The notes: a model not told the origin generated them from the sequence alone. Shown: positions 49,652 to 63,333, numbered from the stretch's first letter. The stretch: 64,000 bases of DNA from Leidyana gryllorum EB-2025a (GCA_048772705.1 JBLWGC010000186.1:1-64000); one strand, 5' to 3'. Numbers and translations are program-made.

Positions 49652-52600
49652 TTACTCAATTCCTTCAGTGGTGACAACAAGTTGACTGGGGGCACTAAAT
49701 GCAGAGGACAGATTGGAATCGGGAGACTGAGTATCATCAGAGGTGCCATGGGGAGAGGTAGAATTGGCTGAAGAGGTACTGATCGAGTCAAAGGCGCCAC
49801 CGGGGGGAGAAACCGCAACAGATGCTGATGTGCTGGTTCGATGGTTCATGAACGCCTCGAACCCGCTTCGCACATGGGAAGCCCAGTGCTCTTCTTCGGC
49901 ACGAGACGTTACACACGTCTTCCACATCACACGCTCAGGTGCTGATAAGACATTGCACAGTGCTTCTCGAGCAAAATGAATGTTCAAACGTTTCCCATCT
50001 TCCGCCATATATAAGCAAGTTCGCTGTCGGACATGAGAGAGAGACAATGAGGAGCAGTCTGTCGTCTCGAACACTTACCCGTCTGTCGGACGCCAGCTCG
50101 CCAGCCTCTCCGTTGACAGGTAGATCGATGAGATAGTAGGACTGATTCGCAATCAACTGGTCCCGATCTTTCGTCATGTACTCCCCGGGCCACAACCGCT
50201 CGGCCTGACGCACCAATTCGTCACCCAAATGTTCCAACTTGTTGTCCGTCAGCGTCCGAGAGATCAACTTGTGGCCAACGGCATTACTCTGCGACAGAGA
50301 GTGAGCGACGGAATTGGACAGGGGGGGGCAAGAGAAGGGGAGTAGTCTCTGTGTAAAGACGCGACCACCACCGTCGTTGACGCGACACGACATTTAGTTT
50401 TCGTCACGTTGCTCACCTCAAAAGCTTCGTGGCAACCAGCCACAAGGTGAAGAGGTATTGGGACCGCGTGAACTTGAGTGTGCATTGCTCTTGTCACTTT
50501 CATGGGTGAGTAGCGTTCAAAGAAGACGAGAGCGAAGCCCTGAGGAGGAGAGAGAGAAGGTGGACCGACCGCGGCCGGGATGCTGATTCACTCACCTGGG
50601 AGGCGAGATAGTGACGCAAATCACGCATAACCTTCGATAACTCTTGGAGGACCACAGTGGGGAAGAGAGCGACACATGGCTGATGCGACACTGGCAACAG
50701 CATCAGGTGCTGAGGGACAATGCCGCCTCGTGCGATAGCAATATAAACCTGCGTTGAAAGAAGCGACATTGTTTGAGAGGCTCGAGTTGTCAAGTTGTGT
50801 CAATCTCACCTTGTCTGCCACAGAGACAATGAGCTTCTTCTCGCATGAGGGATTGAAAAGACAGAACCAACAATCTGTGAGTGAGAAGGTGAAGGCTGAT
50901 ATGTTTGCTGTTTGTGTGACTGCAAAATTACCTGAGTGCGGTCGCACGTCAATCGGCACGGCTTGTAGGCGGTCGATAGCTGTTGTTGGAGCGATCGGCT
51001 CGTTGTCCATAGAGTTCGAGGTGTTCGCAGCTGTCTCGTTGGATGAAGCCGTTCCCCAGCGGGTGTCTGGAACGGGTAAGGGATCATGTTCGTACTTGGT
51101 AGCTTTGTCAATGGCGATCTCGCGCACACGCGTTTGGTCCTGAATGTTAGCGTACACAAGTCGGAGGGTCCGGCCAAATAGGTTGATGTTTTCAGCAGTG
51201 AAAGCTGCCTCTGCATCCTGTGCGCGTTCAAAGGTAACCCATCTGGTAGACAAAGAGAAGAAGGAGAGAGTGAAAGGGCAGACAGATAACGAGCTGCTTA
51301 CGCTCGACCAGCGATACGCGAGCCGTTGCCTCCATGGCCAAAGCGTGGCAGGCGAACGTCTAGAATTGGACCAAAAGCACCAAGACAACGGAAGAGCTCC
51401 TCTTTGGTTGCTGCATAGGGGACATTGGAGACGTAGAGAACCCTGGCGCCCTCTTCCTGGCTGCCAGTGTCCACTGGGGGCGCCCAAGTGCTGGACTCCT
51501 TGCCGGAGGAGGACTGCTTCCAAGAGTCAGAAGATGACTGCTGTTGTTGTTTGTTGGTTGGAACAGAGAGGACGGTAGGAGGAGGTCGTTCTGGGGGGGG
51601 TGTGGTGGTCTCTTCGGAAGCAGGCTGCTGACGCCACCAGTTCTCGGGTGGTACACCCCACCCATTAGATTTCGGAGGAGAAGACCAGCCAGTAGATGAC
51701 TGCGAGAGACGAGACCATCGAGATACAGCGGGCGGTCGATCTGTGCGAGCCCGCTTGGCCGATGGGTGCAGATCGCTGGCTGCTGACGAAGAGTCAAGAG
51801 AGAAAGGTGACTTGGACAGGACGACCTTGTCCTTCTCTGTCCACGGAATTAATCGGAGCGAGTGCGCAAACTTGCGGTTCTCAGCAGGCAAATCTGCAGG
51901 CGCGCCCACTGATACTCTGGAAGGCATTGGGCCCAATGCTATGAAGCGGGAAACGGCGTCCACTGCAAATCCAGGGATGAGTGACAAGTGGAACATAATC
52001 AAATCAAAAGGACAATGGAAAACGAGGACAGGCAGGTAGGTACGAACTGATAAGCCAAAGTCACCAAGCGGGACGGGTCGATGGAGCGATGGATCACCGC
52101 CTCTCTCGCAATGTCTCTCTCTCTATCTCTATCTCTCGTCGATCGAGATCGATAGATCGCGCACGCGCGCGCGCGGAGAAAGAGAGGCAGATCGCATAGG
52201 TCAAATGGAAAGTGCAAAAGAAGGGGTGCAGGCAGGCAATGGCACAAGTGCTGCTTACCTTTGCCAGCTTTGAAGGGCGGCCGCTCATAGAAAGCTTGCG
52301 GGCCGCCAACCGCCACATAGTAACGGGCAGGTAGAAGTTTATTGGCGAAGCTAGCAGCCGCCCGCGCCAGAGAAGGCTCATCGTTGTGAAGCTGCAGTAG
52401 ATGGTCGAGTTGAAGCCTGTCACTATCATTCAGGCCATTGGCAATGTTGTCGGGCCAAGCGGTCATCAGACAAAGGTCCATCACCTCGTCATCGGGACTG
52501 TTTTGGTACTGTTCCCAGTCGACACCTGTGAGGAACGCGATACGTAGATCCTTGACCACCTTTCGCCCGCACGATCCCAGCAGACTAATCTGTGGAGTCA

Positions 52601-52904
52601 GGTCCTCCACGCCTTCGGGGTACGCACGACGCAATTGAGCCCCCAGTGTCTCTGGCCTCGGTCGGTCCAGGATCAGTAACTGACTCACAGGCAGCTCATC
52701 ACCCAATAGTTCTGCGGCTTGAGCCTTCAATGTGACGGCATCTGCTGCTCGAGAGTATATAGGCCCGAAGAAGTCACCCAGACAAATGCAAAGGTCGTAT
52801 GGCCCGTAGCGTTCTACAGCAACCTGCAAGTTCTCTCTGAACGTTGCCTGGGCGCCGCCAACTTCGCCCCAAACCAACACGCGCCGAGCCAATTGCTGAC
52901 TCAT
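49652..52904 (-). CDS. CWF19L1: CWF19-like 1 (Drn1-like) protein with an internal RRM
   Basis: N-terminal LVWGEVGG...GPYDLCICLGDFF pseudo-phosphoesterase; RRM VLYVSNVPY; CwfJ domain DCWFCL...YIAIARG...HLMLLP; FAREAL...W. Confidence 0.85.
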
Positions 52905-52938
52905 CCCCAATTTTTTCCGAACCACAAACTACTAACTA

Positions 52939-54186
52939 CTACTGGGCTGGCTGCTGCCCACTATTACCATTCTGGGGGACATTGGAGATGCGAAACAGAA
53001 GGGGTATCACAGCTCCCCGTGCTCCCACTGAATATCGCCTGCTTCGGCACGCAAACTCCACCGTGTGCGCAGCTGGGACAAATCGACCAGTGAGGTAGAA
53101 ATCCACACTCAGGTGCTCTTCCGCTTTCGCCATTCGAGCCACAATCCGCGCCAATGCTCTCACTGGCATCTCACCACTCACCACCAGATATGGGCACTCC
53201 AAAACTCCCAATCCAATAGCTTTGGGACATGCCGGACTGACCGAGGGGGCGGGGGAGAGATTGGCCATTGCATCCACCATTGAAGAGTCACTCACTCTGG
53301 TTGTATCGCCAGCTTCACAAAACTGGAGTCCCTCAGAACTCCCACTGCAGGCGAGAAGAAAAGTTCGCCCTCGATATGGAGGGATGGATTGAATATACTT
53401 ACGAACTTTGGGAATCTGATGTCTCTCAGCTTGTACCACTTTAATTGGTTTATTGTCTTCTTTCACTATCCGAGGCGACTCTGGGGGCTCCGTTTCGTCA
53501 GCGAAACGTCCCAAATATTGCCATAGGTTGGCACGCATCCGAGTGTCGCATTTCTTGAACGTCGGGAACAGCTTGTCGACCAAATTCTGTAGTCGGCCAT
53601 CAGACCTGGGGGCAGATGATGGTGCAACCGCGGCAAAACCACTCACACAATGGCGTCCAGCAGATTCCCCTCGATACTGATGCTGCACCTAAAGCGGGTT
53701 TTGAGAGTGGGTGGGTGTGTGTGTGTTAGAGGGCGGGAGGGGTTCGCTTCAGTGGCACCCGTGCTAAGGGGGTTCGCCTGATGCGGTTCCCAACTCACTT
53801 GGGACAGTTAGAGGAGTTGCCGATTAGATGTTTCAGAATACAAACTCGACAGTCTGCCCGTACGGTGTTCACCTATACTGAGTTGGTCGTCTCTTACACG
53901 TGTGCAAACACTCTTTGATGGTAGCAGCGTTACGGAAGAATCCTCCGCACAGAGAACAGATCAAACAGTCGGCAAGTACACGCACTTTGAACGAGACCTG
54001 CGATAGCAGCTGTGCCCATGAAGAAGCCGTTGTCGATCATACATCGAGGCCTTCAGCCGATTGAAAGGTGTTCACGTCATGTTCACGGTCATAGGTGATG
54101 GCAATCTGCTGATTCCGGCACAGTAAGTTCTCTTGATAGTCATTGTCAGGAATGGGGAGAATCTGAGGTCCCACAGAGTGCCGCAT
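52939..54186 (-). CDS. Polycomb group RING finger (PCGF/BMI1-like) protein, RING + RAWUL-like; exons 54186-54043, 53997-53898, 53853-53799, 53688-53647, 53605-52939
   Basis: Four GT-AG introns give in-frame LICSLCGGFFRNAATIKECLHTYCRVCILKHL...CPKC...SDGRLQNLVDKLFP; C-terminal PYLVVSGEMPVRALARIV...VDFYL...HTV is RAWUL-like. Confidence 0.85.
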
Positions 54187-54219
54187 AGCAAGAACGAGCC
54201 TAAAAAACACAGACCCCAA

Positions 54220-56450
54220 ATGGCAGGAGATATTGTGGACGACGAGGTACCATCAGGGGATGTGGAGCGTAGTCGCAGGCCAAGTATGGCCTCCCCGGTC
54301 CCCGGGGGCAACGAGACGGTCGACCGATACAAGGTCACGGACGAAGACTTTGAGACGTTGCAGAGCTTTAATTGGTCAGCTACCAAACCCGAGATATTGA
54401 GCGACTTGGAGTTCATCTCCACCCTCCCCAAGAATGCTGCTCTCGACTACGATGCCCTCGGCCCAAGTTTGTAAGTATACCCAATCTCGCACGATCCATG
54501 CCCCCAACCTGCAGACCCCCAAAAGACTCTGATGCTCCCGTTAAGACTCTCTTCATTGACCTAGATGAGACTATAGCTCACACTTGCCTGGGCGGTGTCC
54601 CAAAACCGCGCTCCCCCGACCTCATCTTTACCTCTGAAGGCGATGGCGCCGTCGTAAGCGCACCCTCCAAAATCACATCCCCCATCCTCCCTCCCCAGGC
54701 CAATGTGTATTTCCGGCCGTGGGTCTCCGATTTCCTCAAAGTTGTCTCCGAGTACTTCGAAGTAATTCTCTTCACCGCAAGTCTCAAACCCTATGCTGAC
54801 TTGGTGAGAACAATCAAACGCCGTTGCTCAATCTCACTTTCAGATTGTCGATGAGCTGGATACCGAAAAACGTATCCGACATCGGCTCTATCGGGAGCAC
54901 TGCACTCAATATGGCTCAACTGACATCTTTTTCAAGGTATGTCGCTTGCCTCTATGTGTCTGGCGCCGCTAACAGCCCCGCTCTGCACCACACACGTGTG
55001 TCCCAAACACGGAGACGTGGTGTGTGTAGACTGTGTTCCGGTGTCCACGACGATGTGGGATGCCCCGGTCGGGAGAGCCGCTGCGGGGTGCTGTAGACTG
55101 CTGCAGAGTGATGCATACTGCGCTGTCCCAATTATGTTATTTGCTATGACAAGCAGTGCACACTGAACGGAAGATTGACAACGTCGTTTTCGTTTCAGGA
55201 TATTCATGGTACCGGAAGAGCCTTGGAAGACTCGATTGTTGTTGATAATCGTTTGATATCATTCGGTTTGAACCTGGAGAACGGAATCTTTGTTTCGGTG
55301 AGTCGCAATGTTCTGCCAATGCGAGATTGTATGCTTGCTTTTGCCGCAGTCCTTTTCTGGCCAATCGGATGACACTGAGTTGCTGCATTTGTTGCCTTTA
55401 CTGATAGCGCTGTCGCGCCAAGAGGACGTGCGAGTATCATTGAACCAGAGTTACCGGCTGGCCGAGATAGTTGAGAGGTTCAGGATTGATAATGGGAGCG
55501 GAAACTCGTCGCACGAAGATGTAGATGAAGGCCAAGGAGCGAGCGGTCTGAGTCATCGACGTTCGATCTCACCGGATTTGGCATCTCGTTTGCTGGCAAT
55601 CGGGTCTCCGACTGCCCATCAATTACAGGGTGGCGACCGTTTGGGCATCCACGCGGCGGCAACAGCGGTGATAGGTGCTTTTGGCCCTACGACCAGCCCT
55701 GCCTTGACTGATCCGCCCACAAGTGCGTCCGACATAGGTGCTGCTGACGACGATTTGTCACATCAATTCGTCCTGGAGTCCATACAGCCAACACCTATGG
55801 TTGATCTGCCGGGTCTGGAGATAGTTTCGAACACTGGTGGCGAAGACATCCGGCGAGTGTCGTCGGAGCAGAGCCGGTCGCTGGACCATCGTCATAACTC
55901 CCAACGTTCTGGCTCCCGGCATCTGGCAGCACTGAGTCGCATTGCCCCGGCGTTTCCAGAGGAGCCTAAAGAGGGTCGTTGTTTGAAGAAGCCGTCGCGA
56001 ATAGAGTGTCACAGTCGATCAGAGTCAAGCATTAGTTCTCGGCGGATGGTATTGCCTCCTAATGCTCCGCAACGTCGACGTTGGGGTCGTGTCCCTTTGA
56101 CGCCGAAAGGTCCCAGTTCTGGTACTGCTGTGACTCGCTGTTCTCTGCCGCCTGTGGTGAGTGCAACACTGCCTATGACACTTAGCAGTGATTTTGGGGC
56201 TTCTGCAAGTAGTCCACGATTGGACACGAACTCGACACATCGATTACGGCCGATCACGCCAGCCGCGTTCACAGTGACTTCCACCCGGTGGCAATCAGTG
56301 TCGCCCACCAACCCTCATTCTGCACACTGGTCTCAGAAGGTTCTGACACCATCACCACTTTTACGTTTGGGCACAAGTGTAGTGCCATCAACAAGTAGTC
56401 TGAGAGCGCAAACCCCCCCTGTCTGGAAACAACGTCTGCCCCTTTACTAA
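54220..56450 (+). CDS. NLI-interacting factor / CTD small phosphatase-like (HAD) protein with Ser/Pro-rich tail
   Basis: LFIDLDET, VYFRP, FEVILFTAS...YAD, RLYREHC, IVVDN, DDTELLHLLPLL. Confidence 0.9.
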
Positions 56451-56479
56451 CGACTTTTTTTCCTGTCGCGTCCACCAAT

Positions 56480-58683
56480 ATGAGCAGCAGCAGCAGCGAT
56501 GAAGAGACATATGTACCACCGGACCCCTTTGCCATCAAAGAGAAGGGGTCCAATGCCTTCAAGGCCGGTCAGTATGCTCTGGCTATTGAACTCTATAAAC
56601 AGGCGTTAAAAGAGGCTCTGAAGCGCAGCGTTCGTGCGCCGTCGAAGGAATTGGTCGACTTGCAGATGCAATGCCGGTTGAATCTGGCGCTTGCCTTCCA
56701 CAAAGAGGAAGATCATGTTATGGCGAAAGAGCATCTGTTGGTGGTGCTGGAACAGCGTCCAGATTTCGTGAAAGTATACTATAGACTCGGAGACGTGTAT
56801 TTGGCCCTGCAAGACTATGAGAAAGCTCGCGAAACGGTGGAGGCTGGGCTGAAGCTGTTTGAAGGAGACGTTGCACTCACGCATTTGCTCCACAAAATCA
56901 AGTTGGCCGATGCTCAGTACAGGAAACAGCAGCGAGATGCCATTCGGGAACGTGTGAACCTCAGGAATATTGATGACGACCGAACTAATAAGCGGACAGA
57001 CGTCCCGTTGTTCGACCCCAAACCTTTTGAGTCGCTATGGAACCAGGACCAGACTTCTTCTGCTACTGCTGATTCAGCTGCTGTGTTGGACAAGCTGTGT
57101 CACACTCTCATAGACTGGAGACACGACACGACTACTCTTCTTCCGAACGAGAGTCAAGAAGACACCGACGACTCCAATTCCCGTCACTGGACTTTCCCAC
57201 ATTCTCATGAACGCCTGAACGACGACAAAACCGTTCTATATATGTCTTTACCTCTCTCTGTGTTGGCTCTGATGGAAAATTGTATTCGTCTCCAGCACAA
57301 TCCTTTGCAACGAACCAAATTGGAGGGCACAGTGGCGAGCCCTCTCCCACCGCTTCCAGTCTGCCCCAGCCCAAAATATGAGATCTCTCTCCGTCAACAT
57401 GCAGTCCAATGGACGTCTCGTTTGTCTGCGCAATCTGTCAAAGTTCGCCCAGTCACCATTCACGTGCTCGGGGCCCGTGGTGACGTCGAGATGGAGTGTA
57501 AATGGGCTTCGATGCTGGACCGTCTTCCTCATGTTGATCTCCTTCAAGTATGCATGATCGGCTTTGCCGACTCTAACGACCCTTACTCCCGCCGTCTGAA
57601 AGGAGAAGACTATTTTTCCCCTCCCCTGACAAAGAAATCAGGCTACCGACTATTCCAGAAGTTTACAGCTCGCATTTACAAAGGCTCATATCAGGCTTTC
57701 CTCGAGGTGAGTATCATTAATTATATTAGTGAGGTACCGCGGGTGGTGCTGTCACCCTGTCTGAGTGGTGCTCTGACTCTGAGTGGTGCGGTGCTTTGAC
57801 TCTGAGTGGTGCTTTCTCCTCGTCGGATCTACTGGCTGACTATCTCTGTATCTGCAGTCGGAGAGTGTGAAGGCCAGTGTTGAGGGCAAATTCTCTAGTC
57901 TCGATCTCCCATTAGCGAATGGCAAATCAGTCCCCTTGTCACCAATCCTATCCGCTCCGAATCACCCGCTTCATCCGGATCTTATCGTGATACCCGAGCC
58001 CAACATGTCGCGTTGGTTTGATCAGTGGATCCCGGCGATAGCTCATATTCTTTTGGCCAACATCGTGAGTCGACACTGTCTTGCCATTCTTATTCCCATT
58101 GTCGGTATGCTCACCACAGCCATTGGCAATTTTTGGTTATTCGGTCATGGAGGGAGAGACTGCATCCCATGAGGCTCTCAATTTGGTTCCGATTCTAGAG
58201 GCCCTGGGAGCTCGCTTTGTCCTCCCGTTGAGTTGGAATCCGTTCTCGATTCCCATCCACCCCGGTGAGGAATGTCCGCCGATGCCGATAGTGACTGCAA
58301 CTGGTGAAGAGACTGAGTTCCGGGGCGTCAGCGGCAAGAACGCAGGTGGGTCGTCAGCTTTTGGTTTGTTCCGACCGTTTGTAGTGTCGCTGATGGTGTG
58401 TGGTATTGACTCGAGTTGTGCCGAAGACGCTGAAAAGGCTCGTGAGCGTTTGGCGGAGTTGATGACATCGAAAGTCGCGGTGGCTAATTTGCGGGAGGAA
58501 TTAAGCAAAAGAGGGATCGATAGTCAACGTGAAAGGCTGATACTTGAAAATTCGGGTGACTACTTTGAGCAAATGGCCGCAGAAGCGAAAGAACGAGAAC
58601 AAGAGATAGAACGTAAAGCTCAAGATCTCGCACAAATCCTCAAAGAAAAACTCTCTCCTTCAAATTCCACAACCCATGTCTAG
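56480..58683 (+). CDS. TPR-repeat protein with possible MSS51/ZMYND15-like C-terminal domain
   Basis: KEKGSNAFKAGQYALAIELY...RLNLALA...KVYYRLG TPRs; TIHVLGAR...LQVCMIG...PDLIV...W motif pattern. Confidence 0.75.
57761..57815. repeat. Intronic minisatellite (CTGAGTGGTGC x3)
   Basis: Directly visible within the TPR-gene intron. Confidence 0.8.
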
Positions 58684-58765
58684 CTATAAACATATATTGA
58701 ATGTCGGCTGTGGCTTTTCTTTCTGTGCTCTCTCTTTTTCTCTTTCTCTCTTAAACTACTATTTC

Positions 58766-61700
58766 TTATGCGGCGGCCACAGTCTCTGGGTAGGCCTCGA
58801 CATCGAGTGTCACAGTTTGAGAGCTCTCGATCTCGTGATCTTTATACACTCCAATTATTGCGTCTGCGTGGCAATACATCCTGCGATCAGAAGATATCAT
58901 CGCCCCCTCTGCACCCACCACTCACTCTTCCTTTAAAGTTACTATAATGACTTGAAAGGACGCTTCCTTCAAGAAGCGCCTCAGTGCGTCGACATTCGCG
59001 GCGTCTAACGCAGCATCCACTTCGTCCAGCACCACAAAGGGCGACGGTCGGAATGCCTGAAAACTGAACAACAAGGCCAGCGTCGCCATGGACTTCTCGC
59101 CTCCCGACAGCAACTCCATTTCGGTGTATCGCTTTCCGTAGGGCATTGCCGTGAAGATCAGTCCTCTGCCGCCACATTGTTTCGATGATCACCAAACCAG
59201 AAATGGGGATCGATCACTCACTTGTTGAAAGGTTCGTCGCTCGTGGGATCGTCGAGCTCCAATGTCGCTGATCCCCCGTGCATCTCTGAAAAGTGTTTGG
59301 CCAAAAGCGTACGGGTAGCGATTGAGTCCTCCAAGTGAGAGAAGTCTTGGGGAGGGGGTCGCGTCAATAAGCTGTAAATCTCAGCCAGAGCCTTCTTGGT
59401 GTGCTCGAAACACTTCATATATCGATCTCGCCGTATCTCTCGTGTTCTCACGAGATCCCTTTCGATACTCTCGACTTCTCGTTTCACACCCAGCAGCCGC
59501 CCATTAGCTTCTTTCAACCGCCCTTTGATCTCATCATACGCTTCTTGAGCCTTATGATTCTGAGCTCCCCTTCCCTCCAACTCTTCCTTCAGACTCTCAT
59601 GTTTCCTCAACAACTTGTCTTCCTCGCTCTGGAGGGCTCTGGGGTCCCGGAAAGGTATTCGCGCTCCGATCAGTGTACTGTAGTCCACTTCCACCGCAGT
59701 CTCGGCCATACTTGAGCCTTCCAACATTGCCCTGCGGATCCATAAATTGACCGTCGCCCCCAAATATCACTTACTTGAGATCTTCCAGTGTGCCATTGAC
59801 GATCGGCACACTGACTCGTTTCCGCACCACTTCACCGAGGAGCTCTAAGCCCTTCTTGTCCAACATTTGCAGCTCATCGTTCGCTTCCCGGATCTTATAC
59901 ACATTGGTGTGTTGATGGTGATGGATGAGACGCTTCTCCTCCCCGAGGGTCGCTACTTTTGCCTCGGCCCCCTCGAGGAGAGCCTTAAACTTCTCCTTTT
60001 CGGGCTCGACATCTGTGATCGCCGCCTCAATGGCCGATAAGGCAGCCTCAGCTGATGTCAGTTCAGCAGGGAGCTTTCGAGCGGGCGACGAGAGGGGCAG
60101 CGGCTGGTCCAACGCCTCGGCCAGCGTGGAATACTCCTTCTGAAAGTGCTCAGCCAGCGTCTCGAGATTCTGTGTCCCATTACACTGCTCCACCCCGAGA
60201 CGTCGAGTGCACTCTGCAAACTTGCTCGCGCAGCGTTGCTCCTCTTCATGTATGACTTGGAGCGCGTTGTCCAACTCTGAGATGAGATCACTCATTTTCT
60301 GCTCCTCTTCCCACAACTTTTGTATCGCCTTATCTTTGCACGCGGAGGCCTGAACTCGATTGATCTCGGCTTGTTTGGCATTGCGTTGCGCTGTTAGCGC
60401 ATTGATCTCCTGCTCGGATTCCACTAAACGGGTCTCTGTCCGGCTCTGACTCTCTTGAATATCCTTCAACATTGTCTCTAACCGCTGAACAGTCTCCCTT
60501 TTCGACTGCGGTGAGAGAAGAGGTGTTTGTGTCTCGGAGTCCTCTCCCATCTCCCCGCAGATAGCTCACCTGAACGTCCAGTTGATACGTCTCGAGCTGC
60601 AGTTGTTCGTCAGCCACTGCACTCTCGGCACTGTACAACTTGACTTCAGCGGCCCTCAGTTGCTGCTCTATCGCAGTCAACTTGCCGGAAGAGTTCTCCA
60701 GAACGGCGGTGGCTTCGCTTCGCTGCTTCTCGGCGAATCTGTCCAGTTTTCCGGTCCGCTGCAATGGGGAGGCGACGATCGTTTGGGATGGAGTCGGAAA
60801 CTTACCGGAGCGGCGAGCTTGATGTTGCAGTTCTTGAGGATAGTTTGTCCGTCGAGTGTCACGACCTTCACACTCAGCCCGAGCTTTCGGGCCTCATTGA
60901 AAGCCACGTTCCGAGCAGCGTTGAGATCCTTCACCACAACTGTGTCTTCCAAGAGATAATCAAAGATGGGGGCAAATTTGGGATCAAACGATATGCAATC
61001 GAGAGTTGGAGTGAACAGCTCCCCATAATTCCTCAGTCTGGGATTGAGCGGTCGACTTTTGATCGTCTCCAGAGGAAGAAACTCCACAGGCGGGACACGA
61101 AGCCGCTTACAGACACCCAGAGCGCGCTGTGAACCTGGGGCATTGAACTCGCCAGAGTGACTGTCTCACCTTGGCAGTTGCGAATGTGTCCACAACAATG
61201 GAGTCGGCTTGCAGTCCAAAGGCAGTCGAGACCGCTGTGGCATAGCGTTGATTCGTCAGCTCGCACAGCCCGGTCACTCGATCAAAGACTCCAGGCACTT
61301 CTTTCTGCAGAGTCTTGAGTGTCTGTTGAAACTTGAGGGCTCGTTGATCTTCACTCTGTGTGAAGGGGAGAGAAATGTGTGTGACGAGAAAGAGTTCTTA
61401 TTGGCATCTCGTTTACCCGGTAGTGAGAGAAGGCACTCAGTGTTCGTCTTGCACTCTCGACGGCATCCGAGATCCGATCTCGTTCAGCCCTGAGCTGTCT
61501 GACTTGCGATGTCATCTGCTCCACTTGAGCCCTTAGAGTGGCGCACTTCTCGGCCGTAGGCGCTATCTTCTCGGCAGATCCCCGGGAGATAGCCTCGTTT
61601 TGCTGACTCAAAAGTTCTCGCGTCTTGGTCTCATCGGTTTGCAATTCAGCTATGTTCCGACTCAGCTGTTTTCCAAAGAGAGAGAATATACATAAAGTCG

Positions 61701-63333
61701 ATCTCCTCTGTCATTCGGAAGCTCACCTCGGTGAATTCGCGTTTCTTGGCCTCGAGTCGCGTGGAGGTCGCTTTGAGGTCAGAGGTCAGCGAACCTGTGA
61801 GAACGTTCAGGCGGTTTCGTTCACTCAGCACTGCTTCCTTCTTCTTGTCGGGTAACTTGAAGAAGGCGTTCTCTTTCAGCACCTCTGCATTGGCCGCACG
61901 GAGTGCGGTTCTCTTATCGACTAACGCCTCCCAATTGGCCAGAGACTGCAGGAAGTCCGCATGGATCTGAGTGAGCTCGACTCGGCGGGCTTCTCGTGCC
62001 TGCTCTTGACGCTCACGGTTCTTCTCCATAGTCTCCATCTTCCGCTTCAGTGTCATGACTCTGGTCTGTGCGTCGGTTAATTCGGTCTGCAGTCGGGCTG
62101 CTTTCTCAGTCACTGCCCGTCCCTGAGCCTTTGCCTCCCTCTTCTGTTTATCGGCTGCAGCCAACGCTTCGTCGACTTGCTGCTGCCGGACCCCAAAGCC
62201 AGCAGACTCTTCTTCCAATGCTGCAAGCTGTGCCTGCGCCTCTTTGCCTAATCCCTGAGAGAAAGAGACGATGAGAGAGGAACTTCTACCAAAGTCGCTG
62301 CTGACTGAATAATAGTGGTCTCGGCGTCTCGCCGCGATAAGAGAGACACAGTGGCGCGGAACGTACCTCATTGACAAAAAGCTTGAAGAGATAGAGTTCT
62401 GCTTCGGCTTGTTTGACTTTGGCTTCCAAGTCGTGCCAAGCGCGAAGCTCTTCATACTGTCCCCTGAGGGTGCGGTGTTCTGTGGCGAGGGCTTTGACTT
62501 CCTCAGCTATGCGAGACTGATTAGATCGAGCGACTTTGAGCTGCTCTTGTAGCCCTTCGTATTTTTCTCTGAGGAGTCCGCTGCCCGAGACTTCGTCCAT
62601 CATCAGACTCTTCTCCTTGTCGCTCTTGAGGCTGAGAGCTTCGACTTGGCCTTGAGATACGATGCAGTTCTGCACTTTGGGCAGGATGCCGTAAAGAGCC
62701 AACTGCTTGAGATACTGATCCTTATCGACATTCTGAAGAGACACTTTGTCAGGAGAGCGGGCGTTGGTGGGTGGACTCACCTGACCATCGATGAAGAACT
62801 GGGTGGACCGACCATCAACAGTCTTGCGGGCGAAAGAGACTGTCTTGGAGGAGGCGGCGAGGGCCACGGCCCTCTGTTCTTCGGGTTGGTGTCCCGTTCC
62901 CGCCGAGGACGATGGAGGCGCCTCTTGGGCTGTATTGTTGTCGTCTGCTGCTTCTTGGGTCTCGACTATTCTAAGTTGCATTGAAACGTGCGCACTGATA
63001 GGTGGGTGGTAAGAGTGATTGATTGATTGATTCGTTGGTGGTGACCTACTTGGCCGTTGAGGCAGTCTGGCCTTCTCGTCTGTGTGCCAAGTCATTGATG
63101 CGTAAGCCGCGTAGTTGGCGACTGTCGAGTCCCAAGACGAAGCAGATGGCATCCATCAGATTGGATTTCCCGGAACCGTTAGGGCCGACAATACAATTGA
63201 GACCATGTTTCAAGGGTCCTAGTCGGTGTGTATTTGCGTATGACTTGAAGTCGTTAACTTGTAAGAACTCGAGATAAACCTGTTGTTGTCTGGTGTTATT
63301 GGTGTTGGTGTGGATGTGTTGGCGTCGTGTCAT
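58766..63333 (-). CDS. SMC1: Cohesin subunit SMC1
   Basis: DFKSY, IVGPNGSGKSNLMDAICFVLG, VSQGQVE, hinge FLPL...VTLDG, PYGKRY.EMELLSGGEKS, PSPFVVLDEVDAALD. Confidence 0.95.

Noticed and set aside
53689-53798. GGTTCG-containing segment resembling a tRNA or ncRNA
   Set aside because: No cloverleaf could be folded by eye. It is the third intron of the PCGF-like gene.
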